A DNA stretch of 64,000 nucleotides from Minisyncoccota bacterium. Its GTDB lineage: Bacteria; Patescibacteriota; Minisyncoccia; Phycocordibacterales; UBA9973. Below the pieces are notes generated by a model. The model had not been told where the DNA came from, did no database searches, and saw nothing but the letters and a program-made list of their open reading frames with translations. The stretch is taken from positions 6,839-70,838 of the forward strand of contig DATKGV010000004.1 of assembly GCA_035510575.1 (NCBI GenBank). The letters run 5' to 3'. The position numbers and the translations under genes were made by a program. This document shows, in pieces, positions 30,162 to 38,706 of the stretch (its first letter is position 1; each line of letters opens with the position of its first letter).

Positions 30162-30413
30162 TTTGTGATAAAACCATCTATGACACCGGAGTTTAAATCA
30201 TAAACTCCTGAATATTATTCGGGACATCAAAGTCCGCCAATTTTATCACCAACAAATAATTTTATTTTTTGGAAAGTAATAAAATACTCTTGTATAAGAT
30301 ATCTCCGACACAATTCTGATTTTATTAAAATCAAAACAATGTATTTCAAGCCAAGGCCGGAAATTACCGCATTGTTCTGAATCGATCATACCATTTTCAA
30401 AATAAAAAAACTC

Positions 30414-30950
30414 TTAAATCTTTTTTAAGGATCTAAGAGTTTCAGATTCAAAGTGTCCGAAGACACTAAAAATCAAAGTATTAGTTGCGAAAGAAAGAAC
30501 TGTGGCCGGCATACCACTCGAGCTCTCGGGAGCAAACTCGTGCACGTTCACGTTCGGACCATCAGCAAAGCGCCACACGTTCACGCGGCAAAGCTCGCCT
30601 CCATCTTTAAACCATACAAGACCTTCTTTTTCATCCTGTACCATTTTAGCGGCCAATCCAAATGCTTCTTCTTTGCTGAAAAATTCATGGCCATCAGTTA
30701 TTTCTTTTTCAGTCATAACTTTGTCATTTGTTTTTTCAATAAACTTTTCAGGAACAGAAAGCATTTCTGGAAGATTGTCAAAAAATTCTTTAAATTCCCA
30801 ATAATAATTGGTTTTCAAAATTTTCTTTGCAATTTTTCCTATTGTCACTGTAGAAGATAGCTGAAGATTTTGTTTTTTTCTTAAAAGAATTATCATATAA
30901 ATAACTCCGATAAGAATCGCTAACTGAATTAAAAGATAAACTGTTTCCAT
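30414..30950 (-). CDS. DGR target protein: N-terminal TM anchor and C-terminal VR; currently frameshifted within the VR (TR-predicted stop at 30481-30483)
   Basis: Hydrophobic N-terminus; VR encodes ELCRVNVWRFADGPNVNVHEFAPE. Confidence 0.9.
   Translation of the reverse strand: METVYLLIQLAILIGVIYMIILLRKKQNLQLSSTVTIGKIAKKILKTNYYWEFKEFFDNLPEMLSVPEKFIEKTNDKVMTEKEITDGHEFFSKEEAFGLAAKMVQDEKEGLVWFKDGGELCRVNVWRFADGPNVNVHEFAPESSSGMPATVLSFATNTLIFSVFGHFESETLRSLKKI
30452..30467. promoter_or_regulatory. Hairpin just 3' of the VR (candidate DGR homing stem-loop)
   Basis: agtgtc-cgaa-gacact, 13 nt past the TR-predicted stop; a second hairpin lies at 30410-30440. Confidence 0.6.
30488..30600 (-). repeat. 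DGR variable repeat (VR)
   Basis: 14 substitutions versus TR, all at TR adenines, plus a 2-nt insertion. Confidence 0.95.
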
Positions 30951-30984
30951 TTTTTTATTTATTTAATTGTGAATTCTTGGTGGT

Positions 30985-31014
30985 ATTGTAACACAAGAAT
31001 ATTAGTTTTGTCAA
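30985..31014 (-). promoter_or_regulatory. Promoter for the DGR target gene
   Basis: TTGACA-18 nt-TACAAT on the minus strand. Confidence 0.55.
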
Positions 31015-31108
31015 TGGCAAATTTTAAGCTTATTTTATATAGATTTTTAGTTAACTTATACTCATCTCTAACGATTGTATAAATTGAGTATAAATTTTAT
31101 AAAGTAAA

Positions 31109-32080
31109 TTATTTAATCACGCCATTTATAACCACACCTTTTTCAAACATTGAAATTATATTTTTCGCTACTATTTCTGCCATCAAATTGCGGCAGCTCG
31201 CCCGAGCTGATGCGATATGCGGAGTCAGGACCACATTAGATAATTTCAGAAGCCCTTTCGCGAGCTTCGGCTCAAATTCATAAACATCAAGACCGGCGCC
31301 CTTAATGACGCCATTCTTAAGCGCTTCTACTAGGGCATTCTCGTCAACGACAGGCCCGCGGGAAGTATTAATTAAATATGCGGTCTTTTTCATGGTAGAA
31401 AGCGAGTCTTTATTTATAAGATGATGAGTTGTAGGAAGCAAAGGAACATGGAGAGACACAATATCTGCAATTTTTAAAATTTCAGCCGTTTCCATTTTGG
31501 TTGCGCCGTCAATCTTCTCAAGCGTGGGATTTGGCACTATATCGCTGTAAATAATTTTCGCGCCGAATCCAAAGTGGAGAATTTTCGCCACTTTGGTGCC
31601 GATATCGCCCACGCCTATCAATCCTATAACTTTATCTTTCAAGTCGGTGCCGATCAATAATTCGGCATCCCATCCTTTATACTTTCCGCTCCTCATAAAC
31701 CTATCGCCTTCATCCATGCGGGTAGTCATAGTGAGCATGAAAGCTACTGTGTGCTCTGAAACAGCCGTTCCGGCAACTCCGGGAGTGTTTGAAACGGCTA
31801 TATTTCTTTTTTGGGCTTCTTCCAAATCGATATTATTGAAGCCGACAGAGAAATTCGCAAAGACCTTGGCAGAAGGGCAAGCATCAAATATTTCGGCGTC
31901 TATATTATCCGTCAGGAATGATATCACTCCATCATAGGGCTTGTCTTTGAGAGCTTTAATTAAATCTTTTTTGCTCGGCGGAGTTTTCCATTTGCCGACA
32001 TCGAATTCTATATTTTTTTCTCTAAGCATCTTCAGCCCAACTTCAGGAATATTCCTTGTTATAAAAATTTTGTATGACAT
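31109..32080 (-). CDS. D-glycerate dehydrogenase / glyoxylate-hydroxypyruvate reductase
   Basis: GFNNID, GLIGVGDIG, INTSRG, LDVYE.EP, TPHIAS motifs. Confidence 0.9.
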   Translation of the reverse strand: MSYKIFITRNIPEVGLKMLREKNIEFDVGKWKTPPSKKDLIKALKDKPYDGVISFLTDNIDAEIFDACPSAKVFANFSVGFNNIDLEEAQKRNIAVSNTPGVAGTAVSEHTVAFMLTMTTRMDEGDRFMRSGKYKGWDAELLIGTDLKDKVIGLIGVGDIGTKVAKILHFGFGAKIIYSDIVPNPTLEKIDGATKMETAEILKIADIVSLHVPLLPTTHHLINKDSLSTMKKTAYLINTSRGPVVDENALVEALKNGVIKGAGLDVYEFEPKLAKGLLKLSNVVLTPHIASARASCRNLMAEIVAKNIISMFEKGVVINGVIK

Positions 32081-32090
32081 ATTTATTATT

Positions 32091-32882
32091 TTATTGACCT
32101 ATTTTAATAATATTGAGATTTTTCTCAGCGACCAATGCAATTTTCTCCATCATAGCGACTGCTTCTACCGGATATTTTCCCTTAGCCGATTCTTCGGATA
32201 GCATTACGCCGTCCGCGCCGTCTAATATGGCATAAGCCACATCGGAAACCTCGGCGCGAGTGGGAGTCGGATTTTCCACCATGGATTCAAGCATTTGAGT
32301 GGCCACTATGACCATCTTGCCGCTTTTCTTAGTTTCTTTTATGATGCGATGCTGTATAAATGGAATCTCTTCAAGCGGATATTCATTGCCGAGATCCCCG
32401 CGCGCTATCATTATAGCATCGGCTTCTTTTATTATTGAGGCAAGATTTTCCACCGCTTCTTTCCTTTCTATTTTGGCTATGATTTTTTGTCTGCCTCCTT
32501 TTTCACTTATCAGCTTTCTTAAATTGACAATATCGCCGGCATTGCCCACGAAAGATTGCGCGATATAGTCGACATCTTGCTTGATGCCGAACGATAAATC
32601 GGCAATATCTTTATCGGTGGTCACATTATCATTTCCGCCGAAATGGTGGCCGCTTTTATCCTGCACCCTGGGGCCTGATAAATCTTGTATTATTGGAATG
32701 GATACTTTTAATTCTTTTGAAACTTGCCTGATGAGTTTTATGACATCGGCATCTTCTTCATGCGTTCCCCATGAGAAATTCAGGCGCGCCATGTCCATGC
32801 GATGTTTTATAAGTTCGATTAAAATTTCCTTTGTGCTGCTTGCCGGCCCGATAGTTGCAATGATAATTGTTTTTGATTCCAT
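32091..32882 (-). CDS. pyk: Pyruvate kinase, minimal (barrel domain only)
   Basis: [54 protein letters not shown] motifs; only 263 aa. Confidence 0.9.
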   Translation of the reverse strand: MESKTIIIATIGPASSTKEILIELIKHRMDMARLNFSWGTHEEDADVIKLIRQVSKELKVSIPIIQDLSGPRVQDKSGHHFGGNDNVTTDKDIADLSFGIKQDVDYIAQSFVGNAGDIVNLRKLISEKGGRQKIIAKIERKEAVENLASIIKEADAIMIARGDLGNEYPLEEIPFIQHRIIKETKKSGKMVIVATQMLESMVENPTPTRAEVSDVAYAILDGADGVMLSEESAKGKYPVEAVAMMEKIALVAEKNLNIIKIGQ

Positions 32883-32890
32883 ATATTATT

Positions 32891-34114
32891 TTACTTTGTT
32901 ATTTTGATAAGCCGCTCATATTTTACATCTCTTTCCCGCGGACCCAAAGCGCCGGCCTTAATGCCAAAACATCCGAAGGCATAGGCGAGATCGGCGATGA
33001 AATCATCCATCGTTTCTCCGCTTCTGTGGCTGACAATGCAATCTATGCCGCTGGCTCTGGCAAGCGACATGGTAGCAAATGTTTCGCTTAAAGTGCCGAT
33101 CTGATTCGGCTTGATTATTATGGCTTTAATGCTTTTATCTTTTATGGCCATGCTTAATCTGTCTTTATTTGTCACGGTCAAATCATCGCCGACAAGCAAC
33201 TCGCTCTTGAGAATATTCTGCAACGAGGCAAAACTTTCAAAGTCCTCCTCATCAAACGGATCTTCAATTGAAATCATTTTATAATCGGCGCATATTTTCT
33301 TGTAAAGTTCTTGCATATCCGAAGGGGCAAAATCGCGGTTCATTAATTTATATATTTTCTTCTCATTGTCATAAAAAGAACTGGCCGCAACATCAAGGGC
33401 AAACATGATTTTATCGGAATATCCGAGCTCATCAGCCGCCTGCGCGAGCAAGGCAAGCGGAACAAAAATATCATCAACTGAGAGCGCCAATCCTCCCTCG
33501 TCGCCTTTTACAGGCAGATTGCCGTATTTTTTTAATATAATTTCATCCAGCTTTTTCTGAATATTCCGGCACATCATGACGCTCTCTTCTATTTTATCCA
33601 CTTGCGGAACTACGTGATACTCCTGGAAAGCAAGCTTGGAAGACGCATGCTTGCCGCCATTGATAAGATTGAAATAAAGAAATGGCACAGGGCGGGAGGG
33701 AGTAATATTGGCAATAGTTCTTAAGTATTCATAAACTTCCATTTGATTTGAAAGCGCGGCCGCTTTAGCGCAAGCAATGCTGACTCCGATCATGCTGTTG
33801 CCGCCGAGATTTGTTTTTTGAGTTGTGCCGTCAAGCGTAATCATTGTTTCGTCTATAAGCGCCTGCTTGCCGACATCCATGCCAAGCAATGCCGGTTTGA
33901 TTATTGTTTCAATTTTCTTTATCGCTTTAGCGACGCCGCTTTTATTATTATCTTCATCGCGAAGCTCGCAGGCCTCATACTTGCCCGTGCTGGCGCCCGA
34001 TGGCACCTCAAAAACGCCGACAATATCGCCCGCATAGACCGATACCTTGAGAGTGGGATTTTTTCTTGAGTCCAAGATTTGTTCCGCTGTTATATTCGTG
34101 ATTTGTTTATTCAT
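32891..34114 (-). CDS. eno: Enolase
   Basis: ILDSR.NPT, PSGASTG, GDEGG, SIEDPF, VGDDL, KPNQIG, SHRSGET motifs. Confidence 0.96.
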   Translation of the reverse strand: MNKQITNITAEQILDSRKNPTLKVSVYAGDIVGVFEVPSGASTGKYEACELRDEDNNKSGVAKAIKKIETIIKPALLGMDVGKQALIDETMITLDGTTQKTNLGGNSMIGVSIACAKAAALSNQMEVYEYLRTIANITPSRPVPFLYFNLINGGKHASSKLAFQEYHVVPQVDKIEESVMMCRNIQKKLDEIILKKYGNLPVKGDEGGLALSVDDIFVPLALLAQAADELGYSDKIMFALDVAASSFYDNEKKIYKLMNRDFAPSDMQELYKKICADYKMISIEDPFDEEDFESFASLQNILKSELLVGDDLTVTNKDRLSMAIKDKSIKAIIIKPNQIGTLSETFATMSLARASGIDCIVSHRSGETMDDFIADLAYAFGCFGIKAGALGPRERDVKYERLIKITK

Positions 34115-34118
34115 ATTG

Positions 34119-35387
34119 TTATTTTCTAAGCAATATCATCGCATCCGAGACATTGCTGCCCGTCTCGCCGGTTATAATCTGATCGCCGGTTTTCTTGAAA
34201 AATTCATCAATCGTATTTTCTTCAATCATTTTTTCTATTGAAAGATTTTTTTCTTTTGCTTTGGCAATAGTTTCGGCGTCGGCTACGGCTCCGGCCGATG
34301 CTGACAGATTATCTATGCCGTCTGAAGCAAATGACGACATAGTGTCAAGCTGGCTGATTTTATTAAGCGCTTTTATGGCGAAATATTCGCAGCGCCCGCT
34401 TACGCCTCTTTTGCCTTTTATAATAACCGATGGCTCGCCGGCGCCGATTACGACAGAATGCTGAGTGGCTTTTGATAAAAATAAATCAATGACCGATTCG
34501 GAGTCCTGATAAAGCTCCGCTCCGGCATTATGGACGATATATCCGAGCTCTTTGGCTTTCTTTTCCATGCCCGACAAAGCATAAGTGTTAGTGACGAGCG
34601 GAATATTATAAACTTTTTCAAAATAAATATCTTCCTTGGGCGTTTCATTAAGAGTAAGATTAAACGGCAATTTATATTTCTTAAGTATCGCTTCCGCATC
34701 GGCAATCGTCGATGTGTCTTTGTAGGTGGGACCGGAAGCAACTTCATCAAAATGATCTCCCGGCACATCGCAGAATATCAATGACGCCACAGTGGCGGGA
34801 TAGAGCAATTTGGCCAGCCCGCCGCCTTTCAACATTGAAAGATGCTTCCTTAAGGTATTAAGCTCGGTAATATTGCCTCCTGATTTCAAAAATTCGTCAT
34901 AAAGTATTATTCCCTGCTTGCATTCGGATTCCGGCCAGCAAAGCATCGCCGAACCTCCGCCTGAAACCACGATTATGGCTAAGTCCTTCTCATCCAAACT
35001 CTCTGCTAATTTGGCCAGCTCTTCCGAGGCGAGAATATTGCCAGATGAAGGGACAGGATGAGTGCAAATATATTTCTTGACGTATTTGCATTCGCCGAGC
35101 TTCTTATCCATGACGATACCTCCGCTAATCTTGTCATGCAATATATCCTCTATGGCTTTTACCGCCACCGACGAGGCCTTGCCGAAACCTATGAGGTAAA
35201 TGTGGTCGAAATTCTTGAGATCGAATGCCTTGCCGGCAATTGCAAGAACTTCGTTGTTTAAATTAAGATTCTTTTTTATTATCTCCGTCGTGTCTATGGC
35301 TTCATAAGCCCCTTCTATGATTGTTAGCATGTCTGCGCGCTCTTTCGTCACTGCCAGCTGATCAAAATTTTGTATGTAATTTTTCAT
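34119..35387 (-). CDS. Glycerate 2-kinase (MOFRL/DUF4147 type)
   Basis: GFGKAS, THPVP, SGGGSA, KGGGLA, DVPGD, SGPT, TG.TGSNVSD motifs. Confidence 0.9.
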   Translation of the reverse strand: MKNYIQNFDQLAVTKERADMLTIIEGAYEAIDTTEIIKKNLNLNNEVLAIAGKAFDLKNFDHIYLIGFGKASSVAVKAIEDILHDKISGGIVMDKKLGECKYVKKYICTHPVPSSGNILASEELAKLAESLDEKDLAIIVVSGGGSAMLCWPESECKQGIILYDEFLKSGGNITELNTLRKHLSMLKGGGLAKLLYPATVASLIFCDVPGDHFDEVASGPTYKDTSTIADAEAILKKYKLPFNLTLNETPKEDIYFEKVYNIPLVTNTYALSGMEKKAKELGYIVHNAGAELYQDSESVIDLFLSKATQHSVVIGAGEPSVIIKGKRGVSGRCEYFAIKALNKISQLDTMSSFASDGIDNLSASAGAVADAETIAKAKEKNLSIEKMIEENTIDEFFKKTGDQIITGETGSNVSDAMILLRK

Positions 35388-35406
35388 TGATAAGCTGATT
35401 ATATCA

Positions 35407-35442
35407 AAATTCTCCGCAATGCCAAAGCATTGCGGAGAATTT
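35407..35442. terminator. Strong hairpin, likely terminator for the 19-aa ORF
   Basis: aaattctccgcaatgc-caaa-gcattgcggagaattt. Confidence 0.65.
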
Positions 35443-35448
35443 CTACTA

Positions 35449-35508
35449 TTATTTCTTGGCCTTTTTCGGCTTTTTTGCCTCTTTCCTATGCGTTACTCCT
35501 TTTGCCAT
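35449..35508 (-). CDS. 19-aa lysine-rich peptide MAKGVTHRKEAKKPKKAKK
   Basis: Hand translation; TATAAT at 35544-35549 upstream and a hairpin immediately downstream. Confidence 0.5.
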   Translation of the reverse strand: MAKGVTHRKEAKKPKKAKK

Positions 35509-35540
35509 ATTTTATGAGCATATTATTTATTGATAATGAA

Positions 35541-35594
35541 CTTATTATACCCTGTAGTGAATTTTTAACAAAATCTACTACGGGGTTATACCAC
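35541..35594. repeat. CCC(T)GTAG...CTACGGGG hairpin element, copy 2
   Basis: Near-identical to 8746-8800. Confidence 0.75.
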
Positions 35595-35639
35595 TTACAA
35601 GACATTTTAAATAATAAAAGAATATATTATAATAGGACT

Positions 35640-35801
35640 ATGGAAGATGAAGAAACAACGCAAAAAGAAGAAAAAGAGCCGGTTTGCCCGCGCTGCGGCT
35701 TGAGGTCTTACGATAGTCATTGCCCGAACTGCGGGACGCCTATTGTGGATAATAGCGACGATGAGGAAGAAGAATATGATTGGCGCGAGAAAAAAAGATA
35801 A
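35640..35801 (+). CDS. Small zinc-ribbon protein
   Basis: CPRCG...CPNCG with acidic flanks. Confidence 0.65.
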   Translation: MEDEETTQKEEKEPVCPRCGLRSYDSHCPNCGTPIVDNSDDEEEEYDWREKKR

Positions 35802-35844
35802 ATACAGGCACCAAAATCTTATTTTTAACGTATAATAAGGCGTA

Positions 35845-36405
35845 ATGAAAAAATTTGCATTATCATTTTTGGTTGTTGTTACATTCGGCTTCTATGCCCT
35901 AATTCAGAAATCGAATACGACACCTGAACCTGTCGTTGTTAATGATAGATCTGCAATAACTATTAAACCAATAGAAAATTCCACTGATATAACATCAAGT
36001 CAGGAACCTAATACAAATGCTGATGTTATACCGACTCCGGTCATACAACCGACAAAGCAACCTCAGTCCACAATTCAAACGCCAATAGCAAAACCAGCAG
36101 TTAAACCAAAACCCGCAAGCGGTTGGAATGACGGCGCTTTCCTTGGCAGTGACGAAGATGCATATTATGATCATCTTCAAGTAAAAGCTGTCATATCCGG
36201 CGGAAAATTATCTGATGTTGTATTTGTTTACTACCCTAAAGATAATCCTACATCAGCCAGGAAAAGCGCTCATGCAACGCCTATTCTAAAATCTGAAGCT
36301 ATTGCCTCGCAAAGCGCAAATGTAAATACTGTGTCTGGCGCAACTTATACAAGCGAGGCATTTATGAGATCACTTGCCTCCGCTTTAGCGCAGGCAAAAG
36401 CTTAA
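35845..36405 (+). CDS. Membrane-anchored FMN-binding (flavinylated) protein
   Basis: TM anchor, P/T-rich linker, VNTVSGATYTS flavinylation motif. Confidence 0.9.
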   Translation: MKKFALSFLVVVTFGFYALIQKSNTTPEPVVVNDRSAITIKPIENSTDITSSQEPNTNADVIPTPVIQPTKQPQSTIQTPIAKPAVKPKPASGWNDGAFLGSDEDAYYDHLQVKAVISGGKLSDVVFVYYPKDNPTSARKSAHATPILKSEAIASQSANVNTVSGATYTSEAFMRSLASALAQAKA

Positions 36406-36409
36406 CAAT

Positions 36410-37153
36410 ATGAAAGACACAAAAATTATCATGGGCATGCCGATAACAGTCGAAATAGTTGACGCGCATGCGACTAATGATGCGATTGAAATGGTATTTG
36501 ATTATTTCAAATATGTTGATGGCAAATTCAGCACGTATAAAAATGAAAGTGAAATTATGAAAATAAATCGCGGCGAAATATCTTTTGAAAAATATAGCGC
36601 TGACATGAAAGAAATTTTCATATTAGCGGAAAAAACCAAAAAAGAAACTGATAATTATTTCGATATTCGCCGAAAAGACGGTCTGATTGATCCTTCAGGA
36701 TTGGTCAAGGGCTGGGCAATACATAAAGCGTGTAATTTATTAAAAGAAAAAGGATTCAAGAATTTCTGCATAGAAGCAGGCGGCGACATAGAAACTTATG
36801 GATTAAATAATGAAGGAAAATCTTGGACTGTTGGCATTCGCAATCCTTTCAAACAAGAAGAAGTCGTTAAAATATTAAAGAGCAAAAATAACGGCATTGC
36901 CACTTCCGGCACATATATCCGCGGACAGCATATATATAATCCTAAAGATTATTCCAATGAATTAAATGATATAGTGAGCATGACTGTCATAGGCCCAAAT
37001 ATTTATGAGGCTGACCGATTTGCCACAGCATCGTTTGCCATGGGTAAAGATGGAATTATGTTTATAGAAAATTTGCCAAAATTTGAAGGTTATATGATAG
37101 ATAAAGGCGGTATTGCCACAATGACAAGCGGATTTGAACAATATATTAATTAA
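36410..37153 (+). CDS. apbE: FAD:protein FMN transferase
   Basis: DPSGLVKGW, EAGGD, ATSGTY.RG.HI, ADRFAT motifs. Confidence 0.9.
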   Translation: MKDTKIIMGMPITVEIVDAHATNDAIEMVFDYFKYVDGKFSTYKNESEIMKINRGEISFEKYSADMKEIFILAEKTKKETDNYFDIRRKDGLIDPSGLVKGWAIHKACNLLKEKGFKNFCIEAGGDIETYGLNNEGKSWTVGIRNPFKQEEVVKILKSKNNGIATSGTYIRGQHIYNPKDYSNELNDIVSMTVIGPNIYEADRFATASFAMGKDGIMFIENLPKFEGYMIDKGGIATMTSGFEQYIN

Positions 37154-37165
37154 CAGAAATAAAAA

Positions 37166-38698
37166 ATGATTAGATTTATAGATAATTTATTAAATAAGAT
37201 AACGATGTATAAATTGGTTTTATACTTTCTTATTTTTTTATTGCTTGTTGCTTTAACATTTAGTTTCTTTGGAATGCTTCCATACAGCCCGTTGATGCTG
37301 ATTCTTTCAATAGTCACGCTCGTTATTATCTGTTTCATTATTAATAAAATATTTTCAAAAGTATTCAAAGCGCCAGCCAATGTGGAATCGCTTTATATCA
37401 CGGCTCTTATTCTTGCGCTTATTATTACTCCACCTTCTTCACTGCAAGATATATCTTATCTTATTTTTATATTCTGGGCTGCTGTCTGGGCTATGGCGTC
37501 AAAATACATATTTGCCATCGGCAAGAAGCATATATTTAATCCAGCGGCTTTTGCTGTCGTTATCACAGCATTTACTATTAATCAATCAGCAAGCTGGTGG
37601 ATAGGCACCGCGTCAATGATGCCGTTCGTGCTTATAGGCGGACTTCTTATTACCCGCAAAATACGAAGGTTTGATTTGGTATTTTCTTTTATTATCGTAT
37701 CGCTCCTTGCCACTATTTTGATGCATGCGCATAATTTCACGGATATATTTAAATTTGCCTATAACGCCGTAGTAGCTTCCCCGCTTTTATTCTTTGCTTT
37801 TGTCATGCTCACTGAACCGCTCACCACGCCTCCGACAAAATATCTACGCATGAGCTATGGAGCGCTAGTCGGAGCAATTTTTGATCCAGTGACTCATCTG
37901 GGATTCATTTATTCAACACCGGAATTAGCATTAATTGTCGGCAATTTCTTTTCTTATCTTGTCAGTCCCAAAATTAAGCTTCTTCTAAAACTCAAGCAGA
38001 AAACACAGATTGCCAATGATACCTATGATTTTGCTTTTGCTTCAAATAAAGACGAAGTTCCTTTCCGCCCCGGGCAATATATGGAGTGGACACTTGCTCA
38101 TCGTCATCCTGACAGCCGCGGCAACAGAAGATATTTCACTGTGTCATCATCGCCGATAGATGAACAGCTTCATATCGGAGTCAAGTTCTATCCAAAAGCA
38201 AGCTCATTTAAAAAAGCACTATTCAATATGCAGCCGAATGACACAATCGTAGCTTCGCAAATTGCCGGCGATTTCACTATGCCGAGGAATAAAAATATGC
38301 GGCTTTGCTTTATCGCTGGAGGCATCGGAGTAACGCCGTTTGAAAGCATGATCTCATACATGCTGGCGCGAAAGCAAAAAAGAAACGTCGTAATGTTCTA
38401 TATGAACAAAACACCGGCAGATATCGCCTACAAAGATGTATTTGAAAAAGCGCGGACTGAGATTGGAATTAATACAATATATGCCCTCTCAGATCAAACC
38501 TCTGTGCCAAAAGATTGGAATGGATTAGTCGGCAATTTGACTGGTGAAATGATTGTAAAAACTATGCCTGATTATGAAAATAGAATGTATTATATTTCAG
38601 GACCACGTGCCATGGTTGTGACTTTTGAAGATATACTTTCCAAAATGGGCATACCTCAAACGCAAATTAAAAAAGATTTCTTCCCCGGATTTGCGTAG
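37166..38698 (+). CDS. NqrB/RnfD-like membrane domain fused to an FNR-type FAD/NAD(P)-binding domain
   Basis: KHIFNPAA and MLTEPLTTP, then FRPGQY, RRYFTVSS, IAGGIGVTPF, YISGP motifs. Confidence 0.85.
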   Translation: MIRFIDNLLNKITMYKLVLYFLIFLLLVALTFSFFGMLPYSPLMLILSIVTLVIICFIINKIFSKVFKAPANVESLYITALILALIITPPSSLQDISYLIFIFWAAVWAMASKYIFAIGKKHIFNPAAFAVVITAFTINQSASWWIGTASMMPFVLIGGLLITRKIRRFDLVFSFIIVSLLATILMHAHNFTDIFKFAYNAVVASPLLFFAFVMLTEPLTTPPTKYLRMSYGALVGAIFDPVTHLGFIYSTPELALIVGNFFSYLVSPKIKLLLKLKQKTQIANDTYDFAFASNKDEVPFRPGQYMEWTLAHRHPDSRGNRRYFTVSSSPIDEQLHIGVKFYPKASSFKKALFNMQPNDTIVASQIAGDFTMPRNKNMRLCFIAGGIGVTPFESMISYMLARKQKRNVVMFYMNKTPADIAYKDVFEKARTEIGINTIYALSDQTSVPKDWNGLVGNLTGEMIVKTMPDYENRMYYISGPRAMVVTFEDILSKMGIPQTQIKKDFFPGFA

Positions 38699-38706
38699 AA
38701 AAATAT

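Larger units (their letters stand above)
28632..30950. mobile_element. Diversity-generating retroelement (RT, avd, TR, VR-bearing target gene)
   Basis: All four components are present and TR/VR substitutions are adenine-specific. Confidence 0.95.
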
